Assembly (NCBI GenBank): GCA_965203855.1
Contig: CBDBDN010000005.1
Span: 463,806 to 527,805 of the forward strand
Direction: 5' to 3'
Source of the DNA: Dehalococcoidia bacterium
GTDB lineage: Bacteria; Chloroflexota; Dehalococcoidia; Lucifugimonadales; UBA3495
Length of the DNA stretch: 64,000 nucleotides
Shown here in pieces: positions 29,228 to 37,321 of the stretch; position 1 is the first letter of the stretch, and each line of letters opens with the position of its first letter. Below the pieces are notes generated by a model. That model did no database searches, was not told the origin of the DNA, and worked only from the letters and a program-made list of their open reading frames with translations. Made by a program: the position numbers and the translations under genes.

Positions 29228-29430
29228 CTGCGCGGAATGAACGAACAAACGCCGTAATGACGCCCGCTTGCCCGAACTGCGCCGGCATACTATGATTGTG
29301 CCGTCAACTACCCGTACCCGGCGCGGCATCACCTAGTTACGCCGGGAGCATCTCAATCAACCGGGAACCCCTTCTATCAACCGGGAACCCTTCTATCACA
29401 AGGAGCACTTCCACAAGGAGCATTTCTACT

Positions 29431-30402
29431 ATGAAAGCAGCTCAGCTCGTTGCCCCCAAGCGTTGGGAGTTCACCGACATTGACACGCCTGCGCCCGCCG
29501 ACGGCCAAGTTCTCGTCAAAATGGAGCGCGTCAGCGTTTGCGGCTCCGACATTCGCCACACTTACGGCCCGGTGCTGGAGGAGGAACGCTACCCGCTGCC
29601 GCCCTGCCGGGGCGCCCACGAACTGGCCGGCGTCATCGTGGACAGCAAGACGGACGAGTTTCACGAAGGCCAGCGCGTCATCGTCATTCCCTACTCCGGC
29701 ACCGGCGGCCTCTGCGAATACATTGTCTCCGAACCGGGGCGCATCGCCGTGCTGCCCGAATACGGCGGCCTGGACGAATGGGTTATGTGCCAGCCCCCCG
29801 GCACCGTGCTGTATTCCTGCCGGCAGCTGGGCAGCCCCTTGCAGCAGAACATTCTGATTTTCGGGCAGGGCAGCATCGGCCTCAGCTTTACGATGATCCT
29901 TTCCCGGATGGGCGCCCGCAGCGTCATCGTGGTGGACCCGCTGGACTACCGCCTGGAGAAGTCCAAGGAAATGGGCTCCACGCACCGCATCAACCCCGAC
30001 CGGCAGGATGTGGGCGAGGCGGTAATGGAAATCACCAAAGGGCGCGGCCCCGACATCTGCATTGAGGCGGCCGGCTATCCCGACACGCTGAACGACTGCT
30101 TCCGGCACATTCGGCAGTTCGGGCAGGTTATCGTGTTCGGCGTGCAGAGCGACCATATGGTGCCGATTGAGCATAACCTGTGGATGGACAAGCAGCCGCG
30201 CATCATTCCGACTACCGGCGCCCGCAGCGGCGACCCCATCAGCCAGATCCAGGATATGGTTGACCTGCGCGACCGCGGCTGGGCCGACCCTGCCGAGATG
30301 ATTACCCACCGCGTCGGCTTTTCCGAAATCCAGCAGGCTTACGATATGTACGAGCAGCGGCTGGACAATGTCATCAAAGTGGTGATGGACGTGAACGGCT
30401 GA
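29431..30402 (+). CDS. zinc-dependent alcohol/threonine dehydrogenase-like MDR
   Basis: VCGSD, AHELAG, GQGSIG, IEAAG. Confidence 0.9.
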   Translation: MKAAQLVAPKRWEFTDIDTPAPADGQVLVKMERVSVCGSDIRHTYGPVLEEERYPLPPCRGAHELAGVIVDSKTDEFHEGQRVIVIPYSGTGGLCEYIVSEPGRIAVLPEYGGLDEWVMCQPPGTVLYSCRQLGSPLQQNILIFGQGSIGLSFTMILSRMGARSVIVVDPLDYRLEKSKEMGSTHRINPDRQDVGEAVMEITKGRGPDICIEAAGYPDTLNDCFRHIRQFGQVIVFGVQSDHMVPIEHNLWMDKQPRIIPTTGARSGDPISQIQDMVDLRDRGWADPAEMITHRVGFSEIQQAYDMYEQRLDNVIKVVMDVNG

Positions 30403-30445
30403 ACGCTGCCGTGCCCGCGCCCATTACTTTCCCGCATCCGGCCCG

Positions 30446-31534
30446 ATGACACCGGAAAATGGCAGCGGCGCGCGCCGCGCGGCGGCTCCCCCGGATTTTA
30501 CTCCGGGGGAGCGCATTCGCCTGGCGCGAGAGAACCTGTGCCTGGCGATGTCGCTTTTTGCGGCATCGCACCAGGGGCTGATTACCACCTCTTTTGTGCA
30601 TCCCGCCGTTGCGCTGCGCCGGCCCACCGGGGAGGTTATAGACTCCTACGCCCGGCTGGAACTGCCCGACGACCCGGCACTGGTGCGCTGCGCCGGCAAT
30701 CAGGTGCGCGGCGCTTTCGTCCTGTCCGTGCTGCAAACCGAGCGTGAGCTGGCCGGCCGGTTTGGCGAACCGTCGGAATCATCCGACCGGCCCGCTGCTG
30801 ACGCCGACTTGCACGCCGCCCGCTGCGCCGTTTATCTGCTGGCCCGCAGCGTAGAGCGTAGCCTGATTGCCCCCGTATGGGATGTTCCCGCCGCCTATGC
30901 CCGCCGCTACGCCGTACCCAACCCGGACTTTACCCTGGACGCCGCCGGTTTGGACGGACGGGAAGTGCGCTGGGAACATTTCGGCGGCCTCCCCCGCTAT
31001 CTGGATTTGACGCTCTACCTGTCCCGGCGGCTGGACGGATACGGATACGCCGCCGGCAGTTCCGACAGCTATGGCTATGGCGCGGTAGAACGGCTGGCCG
31101 CCCGTCCGGCAACAGAGGCGGCCGCATCCGGGCCGGCCGGCGTCCGTCCCGGCTATGGCGCCGGCGCCGGACGCCGGCACCAGCAACAGCGCGCCGGCGC
31201 CAACCCGTCCGGCCCTGGATTCAGCTCCGGCAATGATGCCGCTGCCGGCTGGATTCCCCCCGACGGCAGCGATGCGCCGCCCATCGTCATTGCCGCATCG
31301 GCGGCGGCGCCCGGCCCGGTGGCCGACTTCGTATCCGACGCCTGCGCTACCGGCGGCAAGGCGATGACTTTGGCCGGCGAACTTTATACCTGCTACGCCC
31401 GCTGGTGCCTGGACAACGGGTATCTGGCCGTCAGCCAGCGCAAATTCGGCCTGGAGCTGGCCGCCGGCGGCTACGAGCGCAAGCGACGCGGCAAAGGCAA
31501 ACACTGGTGGATGGGCCTGCAACCGCGCGACTAG
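30446..31534 (+). CDS. hypothetical protein with C-terminal primase(D5)-like winged-helix domain
   Basis: PVADFVSDAC..ELYTCYARWC..G..SQRKFGLEL..G..W.GL after a low-complexity linker. Confidence 0.7.
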   Translation: MTPENGSGARRAAAPPDFTPGERIRLARENLCLAMSLFAASHQGLITTSFVHPAVALRRPTGEVIDSYARLELPDDPALVRCAGNQVRGAFVLSVLQTERELAGRFGEPSESSDRPAADADLHAARCAVYLLARSVERSLIAPVWDVPAAYARRYAVPNPDFTLDAAGLDGREVRWEHFGGLPRYLDLTLYLSRRLDGYGYAAGSSDSYGYGAVERLAARPATEAAASGPAGVRPGYGAGAGRRHQQQRAGANPSGPGFSSGNDAAAGWIPPDGSDAPPIVIAASAAAPGPVADFVSDACATGGKAMTLAGELYTCYARWCLDNGYLAVSQRKFGLELAAGGYERKRRGKGKHWWMGLQPRD

Positions 31535-31793
31535 AAAATATCAATGTGCGTCATTCCGGCGCAAGCCGGAATCCCTCCGACTAATGGCCGTATGACGGGA
31601 TTTGGCAATGATGCCGACGGGCAGGATGGGGATGTTTGGAATTATGGAATGGATGCAGGCGCTGAGGCGGATTTCAGGGGCATTCGTTACATAAGCGTTA
31701 CATTGGCGCAAAACCGGCGAAACATTGCGGCGGCATACTGGCACTATCACCAATCGGGGCTGTCCCCCATCCTGCCTGCTGGAGAACGCTGAA

Positions 31794-31955
31794 ATGATTG
31801 CCATTGCCGCCGCCGCCGCTTTTGTCGGACTGTTTGCTCTCTGGGTTATCCTGCCCCGGTTTATCCTGCGCCGCCATGACAACAGCGTGCGCCGCGTCTC
31901 TGCCAACCCCATCCCGCAGGCGCAGGACGATTTTGCGCCGCAAGCCGCCGACTAG
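31794..31955 (+). CDS. small single-TM protein
   Basis: GGAG RBS; MIAIAAAAAFVGLFALWVILPRFILRRH. Confidence 0.45.
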   Translation: MIAIAAAAAFVGLFALWVILPRFILRRHDNSVRRVSANPIPQAQDDFAPQAAD

Positions 31956-32151
31956 CCGGCCGCTGTCGCGTTTCCATTCGCACCCCGTCTATTGCAACCC
32001 TCCCCTGTACGGGGGAGGGTTTTTAGTTATCTCAGACGGCTAGCAAGATCCCGTCTATTCCATCCCATATCCGCGCTCCGGCAAGCAAGTGGCGCATTTC
32101 GCAAGTTGGTGCGATAATGCGGGCGATGCCAACTGACCAGGAGCAACCGGA

Positions 32152-32499
32152 ATGACTACGCCCCTGCCGCTATTGTCCGGCGGCGCTGATACTGCTGCCG
32201 ATAGCGCACCCGAACCCGCCACGGCGGGCATTACCGTCAAAACCGGCCCGGAGTTGGCCCGGGTGCAGGTATCTTGCCAGCATCAGAGCGGCCTCATTTA
32301 CGTCGTACCCGGCGACCGCAGCTGGGTGTGCAGCGACGAGCTGCGTCCGGCACACGCGCTGGCCGGATTTTTCCGGGAACTGATTGCGTTGGACGACCCG
32401 CGCGTGGCCGGACTGATGCAGCAGTGGGGCCTCTACTACCGCAGCCTGCCTCTGGATGCGGACGTTGCTGAAAACGCTGCCGACGCTGCGGACGGCTAG
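32152..32499 (+). CDS. hypothetical protein
   Basis: AGGAG RBS, GC3-rich codons. Confidence 0.7.
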   Translation: MTTPLPLLSGGADTAADSAPEPATAGITVKTGPELARVQVSCQHQSGLIYVVPGDRSWVCSDELRPAHALAGFFRELIALDDPRVAGLMQQWGLYYRSLPLDADVAENAADAADG

Positions 32500-32583
32500 G
32501 CTTGGCGGCAGAGCTTGCCCGTCTGTTCCGATGCCGAGCAAAGGAGCCGGTCGGCGAAGGGTTCGGCTTTCCTCTGAGCCATA

Positions 32584-32650
32584 GATTCCGGCTTGCGCCG
32601 GAATGACGGGATACACGCCGGAATGACGGGATACGCGCCGGAATGGCGGA
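32584..32650. repeat. REP unit plus 19-bp tandem repeats
   Basis: GATTCCGGCTTGCGCCGGAATGACGG then (GATACRCGCCGGAATGRCGG)-like units. Confidence 0.85.
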
Positions 32651-32824
32651 TACACGCCCGAACCGCCTGGATCCAAACGCAGCGGGCCGGGCGGCGATGG
32701 CGATATTGGCAATATCGCGCACAATTGCCCCGTTCTAGTTATGTAATCGCAAATTGAACTGCGAAAAGCGGTAAAACGAGGCGGTTTTCGTAATCAAGGG
32801 GCGTTTTTGGACGCTTTTTAGTAT

Positions 32825-32853
32825 TTGACACCCCCGATAAGGCGGGCTACACT
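32825..32853 (+). promoter_or_regulatory. sigma70 promoter
   Basis: TTGACA-17 bp-TACACT. Confidence 0.75.
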
Positions 32854-32911
32854 GCCTCTAATCAAAGCAGGTCTGCACGACCATCAACCTGCCCTTAATC
32901 AAGGAGGCCAT

Positions 32912-33082
32912 ATGAGTGCAGCCGCGCCGCGAGCGCACATCGACTTACCGGAGCCGTACTCGGTACGGTTCCATCAAACCGGGAAGCCCAACGCGGGCTT
33001 TCCGCTCTGCGGCACCGTGGAGCGCGTCCAGATGCGCCGGTTCCGCGCCCGTCCCAAGCACCGGCTCCCCTGCGAGCCCTAG
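32912..33082 (+). CDS. 56-aa small ORF / possible leader peptide
   Basis: Perfect AAGGAGG RBS before ATG; lies between the promoter and a terminator-like hairpin. Confidence 0.5.
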   Translation: MSAAAPRAHIDLPEPYSVRFHQTGKPNAGFPLCGTVERVQMRRFRARPKHRLPCEP

Positions 33083-33097
33083 CTGCTTGCGCTGACT

Positions 33098-33140
33098 GCG
33101 AGCGGCGGGAACAGCATCCCGCCCAAAGCTCGCCTCTTTT
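33098..33140 (+). terminator. terminator/attenuator-like hairpin
   Basis: GCGAGC-GGCGGGA..TCCCGCC-GCTCGC followed by CTCTTTT. Confidence 0.55.
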
Positions 33141-33325
33141 CTCCCTCCGTGATTTGCCGCCGGCGTGTCATGCGCCGGGGTAGGGGCTCGCTTTAACTGC
33201 GGCCTCTGCGAATGGGCATTGCACGGAGGAGCATCGCCTACCATACCGGCAATGACGCTTGTTGCCGGCTGCGGGCGCAGCATACCGCATCGTCTGCCGC
33301 GCCGCCAATCACAAAGGAGCTCAAT

Positions 33326-33706
33326 ATGCGCGAGATCTTACGATCCAAGATTCACCGCTGCTGGGTAACCGGGTCCAACCTGGAGTACGTCGGCAGCATC
33401 ATCATTGACCGGGAGTTGATGGAAAAGGCCGACATCTGGGAGTTTGAGAAAGTGGTGGTCTGCAACGCCAGCAACGGGCAGCGCTGGGAGACCTACGCCC
33501 TGCCCGGCGAGCGCGGCAGCGGCACCATATCCGTCCAGGGGCCGGGCGCCCGCCTCTGCCACAAGGGCGACTGCCTGGTCATCCTGTCCTACGAAGTTAC
33601 CGACCACCCGGTGGAACAGAAAATGATTCTCACCGACGAGAACAACCACTTCCTGGAATACATCGAAGGGGCAATGTATGCCGAACCTATCCTCGCGCTT
33701 TTCTGA
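33326..33706 (+). CDS. panD: pyruvoyl-dependent aspartate 1-decarboxylase family protein (divergent)
   Basis: SKIHR, YVG|S self-cleavage site, NGQRWETY, GERGSG; usual NGAAA reads QGPGA. Confidence 0.85.
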   Translation: MREILRSKIHRCWVTGSNLEYVGSIIIDRELMEKADIWEFEKVVVCNASNGQRWETYALPGERGSGTISVQGPGARLCHKGDCLVILSYEVTDHPVEQKMILTDENNHFLEYIEGAMYAEPILALF

Positions 33707-34559
33707 GCGCGACACCGAACAGTACTACGACGCCGAGGATGATCTTTACCGGTCTTTCTGGGACGCCGAGGGCAGCCTGCACTGGGGGGTCTTTGACGGG
33801 CGGGGCAGCAATGCGGCGGTCGGATCCGACGGATCCGGAGCCGGCGATGGCGCGGAGGTGCGGAGCCGCTTTATGGCGGCCTGCTCCCGCCTCAACGAGA
33901 TAATGCTGGCCAACGCCGGCATTGACGGCGCGGCGCGGGTGCTGGACCTGGGCTGCGGCAACGGCAATACCGCAACCTGGCTTTGCCGCACTACCGGCGC
34001 CAGCGTTACCGGCATTGACCTCAGCGGCGTCCGCATTGACAACGCTGTCGCCGCTCTGGCCAATGTCCCGGAACTGGCAGAACGGCTGGCCTTTGAGAAA
34101 GCGTCGGCTACCGACCTGCCTTTCGCCGACGGGTCGTTCACCCATATTTGGAGCCAGGCCACCATCTACCATATCCCCGACAAAGCGCGGACGCTGCAAG
34201 AGGCGTACCGGGTGCTGCAACCCGGCGGCATTATGGTGTTTGACGACCTGACCAAGCCGAAGCCAGACATCAGCGCCGAGGCGCGGGCATTCGTGTACGA
34301 CCGGCTGCTGTTTGACACCGATTACAGCTTTTATTCGTACCAGGACGCGCTGCGGCAGGCCGGGTTCCGGGTGCTGGAGGCGCGGGATTTGTCGGCGCAT
34401 CTGGCGCGCAGCTACGGCTGCCTGTCGGAGATGGCGGCGTCGGGAACTGACCCGGAACGGCGGGAACGGTTCGCCGCCTTGGCCGACGCCTACCGCAAAA
34501 TGGTGAACGCCGTCCGCAACGATGAACTGGGCTGGGCGCAGTATCTCTGCGTTAAATAG
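33678..34559 (+). CDS. class I SAM methyltransferase (sarcosine/dimethylglycine or tocopherol MT-like), paralog 1
   Basis: YYD..YRSFW..SLHWG, VLDLGCGNG, LPFADGSF, VLQPGG; overlaps the panD 3' end. Confidence 0.88.
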   Translation: MPNLSSRFSERDTEQYYDAEDDLYRSFWDAEGSLHWGVFDGRGSNAAVGSDGSGAGDGAEVRSRFMAACSRLNEIMLANAGIDGAARVLDLGCGNGNTATWLCRTTGASVTGIDLSGVRIDNAVAALANVPELAERLAFEKASATDLPFADGSFTHIWSQATIYHIPDKARTLQEAYRVLQPGGIMVFDDLTKPKPDISAEARAFVYDRLLFDTDYSFYSYQDALRQAGFRVLEARDLSAHLARSYGCLSEMAASGTDPERRERFAALADAYRKMVNAVRNDELGWAQYLCVK

Positions 34560-34641
34560 ACGGCCCGGCCAGGCCGCCCGGCTAAACCGCCCGGCGCGGC
34601 GCGGATGCGGCGAACACGGAGCAAATCACAGGAGTTATCTG

Positions 34642-35493
34642 ATGCAAGCGCAAGGGAACCATCACTTTACGGAACAGGAAACCGAGCAGTACTACGATGC
34701 CGAGGATGTCATCTATCGGTCGGTGTGGGATGCGGACGGCAGCGTGCATTGGGGGGTGTTTGACGCGCCGCCCGGCAGCAACGGCAGCATCCGCGACGAG
34801 TTTCTTGCGGCCGGAGTCCGCCTCAACGAGCTGATGGTGGAATACGCCGGCATTGACGCGGCGGCGCGCGTGCTGGATGTGGGCTGCGGCAACGGCACTA
34901 CGGCCGCTTGGCTCTGCCGGGCTACCGGCGCGCAGGTAACCGGCGTGGATCTCAGCGGCGTCCGCATTGAGAACGCCGTTGCCGCGCTGGAAAAAGTTCC
35001 TGAGCTGTCCGACCGGCTGGCCTTTGAGAAAGCGTCCGCGGCGGAACTGCCCTTTGCCGACAGTTCGTTCACCCATGTCTGGAGCCAGGCCACCATCTAC
35101 CATGTCCCCGAAAAGGACCGGGCGTTGCAAGAGGCGTACCGGGTGCTGGAACCGGGCGGCGCGCTGATTTTTGACGACCTGACCAAGCCCAAGCCGGACA
35201 TCAGCGACGCGGCGCGGGAGTTTGTGTATGACCGGCTGCTGTTTGACACCGACTTCAGCTTTTACTCGTACATTGAGACGCTGCGGGAAATCGGCTTTCG
35301 GGTGTTGCAGGCGCGGGATTTGTCGGAGCATCTGGCGCAGAGCTACACCTGCCTGTCCCGGCTGGCGTCCACTGCCGAAGGGCCGGACGGCTACCAGGAA
35401 CGGTTTGAATATCTGTCCGACGCCTATCTGAAAACCGTGGCGGCCATCAACAACGAGGAGCTGGGCTGGGCGCAATTCCTCTGCGTGAAGTAG
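34642..35493 (+). CDS. class I SAM methyltransferase, paralog 2
   Basis: Close paralog of 33678-34559; VLDVGCGNG; AGGAG RBS. Confidence 0.88.
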   Translation: MQAQGNHHFTEQETEQYYDAEDVIYRSVWDADGSVHWGVFDAPPGSNGSIRDEFLAAGVRLNELMVEYAGIDAAARVLDVGCGNGTTAAWLCRATGAQVTGVDLSGVRIENAVAALEKVPELSDRLAFEKASAAELPFADSSFTHVWSQATIYHVPEKDRALQEAYRVLEPGGALIFDDLTKPKPDISDAAREFVYDRLLFDTDFSFYSYIETLREIGFRVLQARDLSEHLAQSYTCLSRLASTAEGPDGYQERFEYLSDAYLKTVAAINNEELGWAQFLCVK

Positions 35494-35550
35494 CCGCCGG
35501 CGTGAAGTAGCCGCCGGCGTGAAACAGCCGCCGGCGTGAAACAGCCGCCA
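35483..35550. repeat. 17-bp tandem repeat x4 starting over the stop codon
   Basis: GCGTGAARYAGCCGCCG units. Confidence 0.85.
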
Positions 35551-35743
35551 ACCAAGCGGCCGGCCGACGGCCGCCGCAACTAACCCAATGGCAGAGTTTT
35601 CAGGCGATTCGGCCGGCAGTTCACCTCTCCGGCGCAAGCCGGAGTCCAGAAAACACACCTGGATTCCGGCGCAAGCCGGAATGACGAAAGGTTGGATCGC
35701 CTAATCGGAAACGCTGCCCCAACCTGAAACGGAGCTTTACCTA

Positions 35744-36388
35744 ATGCCCGAACTGGAAAACATTGACTCGCAAGAGCGCGTGCAGTGGATTTATTCCTCC
35801 GCCAACAATGACGAACTGGCGGCGCGCTATGATGTGTGGGCGCAGGAATATGACGCCGACCTGAATGACACTTTCGTGTGGCTGGCGCCCCGGATAGCGT
35901 CGGAAACGCTGGCGGAATATGTACCCGCCGGCGCGCGCATTCTGGACGCCGGCGCCGGCACCGGGCTGGTGGGCGTAGAGCTGCAACGGCTGGGCTATAC
36001 CGACATCTGCGCGATGGATCTGTCGGAAGGGATGCTGGACGAAGCGCGCGCCAAAGGGTGCTACAACGATTTCCGGCAGATGGCGCTGGGGGGGACGCTG
36101 GATTTCGCCAGCGACGCCTACGACGCCGTCATCAGCGTCGGCGTGTTCACTCCCGGCCATGCGCCGCCCAATTCGTTTGACGAGCTGGCGCGCATTACTA
36201 GGCCGGGCGGCCACATCGTATTCAGCCTGCGCCCGGATACCCGGCTGGAAATGGGGTTCAAGGAACAGATGGAACGGATGGAAGCGGCGGGCGTCTGGAC
36301 GCTGGCAACGGCTACGGAACCGTTCCAGCCGCTGCCCAAAGGCGAGCCGGAAGTGATGCACCAGATCTGGGTGTATCGGGTGAACTAA
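35744..36388 (+). CDS. class I SAM methyltransferase (METTL27-like)
   Basis: YDVWAQEYDADL, ILDAGAGTGLVG, DLSEGML, TRPGG. Confidence 0.88.
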   Translation: MPELENIDSQERVQWIYSSANNDELAARYDVWAQEYDADLNDTFVWLAPRIASETLAEYVPAGARILDAGAGTGLVGVELQRLGYTDICAMDLSEGMLDEARAKGCYNDFRQMALGGTLDFASDAYDAVISVGVFTPGHAPPNSFDELARITRPGGHIVFSLRPDTRLEMGFKEQMERMEAAGVWTLATATEPFQPLPKGEPEVMHQIWVYRVN

Positions 36389-36484
36389 CCCGTTCTGTTA
36401 TTGCAATCCCGCTGCGGGGATTGGGCTGCATTCGCGCGCCGGCCGGCTTGCCGCGTTTCCGGTTGGGCCGGCGGGCGTTGCCGC

Positions 36485-36895
36485 TTATTCCCGCGTTTCC
36501 ATCGGCATACCCTGCGCCATTGCCTCCAGGATGCATTCCTGGCAGCGGTCGCCCGGCTGGTGGCCGGTAGCAGGCCAGATGTCGTTGCCCTTGACGCCGC
36601 AGAGAAAGATGGGTTCCACTTCCTCGATGCCCAGGCTTTCCAGATAGTGGACGAAGCCGCGGCGGTTGGGGTTGTCGTACCACCAGGGCGTCAGCGTGCG
36701 GGCGAGGGCGTGGATGTCCTCTTTGAAGTCGTCGGCGTATTCTGCGGCGTTGTCGGGGATGTCCACCATCCAGCGGGAGCCGGACGGTCCGCCTTCCCGG
36801 GAGGCCGACAGTTTGCCCTCGCGGACATTGCGGCGTATCACGTCCTGGGAAACGTTCAGAATACGGGAGGCTTCCTGAATGGTAACGCGGGGCAT
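36485..36895 (-). CDS. excisionase/MerR-type HTH protein
   Basis: TIQEASRILNVSQDVIRRNVREGKLSA; C-terminal H..C..CxxC. Confidence 0.75.
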   Translation of the reverse strand: MPRVTIQEASRILNVSQDVIRRNVREGKLSASREGGPSGSRWMVDIPDNAAEYADDFKEDIHALARTLTPWWYDNPNRRGFVHYLESLGIEEVEPIFLCGVKGNDIWPATGHQPGDRCQECILEAMAQGMPMETRE

Positions 36896-37127
36896 AATTT
36901 ACCTCGAGGACAGAGCAATGGCGCCGGATTGATTCCGGCGTAGCGATTCCGGCAGGATAATTTCGGCAGAGCGATTCCGGCAGGATAATTTCGGGTTGGG
37001 CAACGGCCTATTTCTACCACTATCCGGGCGGGGTAGCAAGCCGGCCGTCCGGATTAGCAGCGTTTCCAAGCCGGCGGTCTAGCATTGCGCCGCTTCGGGC
37101 TGATTTGCGTCGTTCCGGTTATTTTTC

Positions 37128-37320
37128 GTCATTCCGGCGAAAGCCGGAATCCAGCGCCGTAATCTGCCACTACGATAATGGAACCAGCAGTCATAGATTC
37201 CGGCTTTCGCCGGAATGACGATGAGTTGACGGAATGACGATGAGTTGACGGAATGACGGCGCATTGATGGAATGACGGCGCATTGATGGAATGACAGCGC
37301 ATTGATGGAATGACGGCGCA
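37128..37320. repeat. REP doublet plus six 19-bp tandem units
   Basis: CGTCATTCCGGCGAAAGCCGGAATCC..GATTCCGGCTTTCGCCGGAATGACG, then YGGAATGACR-TGAG/GCGCA-TTGA units. Confidence 0.9.
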
Positions 37321-37321
37321 T

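Noticed and set aside
37200-37320. CRISPR-like appearance of the GGAATGACG arrays (also 17351, 40690, 43030, 44928)
   Set aside because: Constant part is only ~9-10 nt, fillers are ~10 nt and repeated rather than unique, and no cas genes are present.
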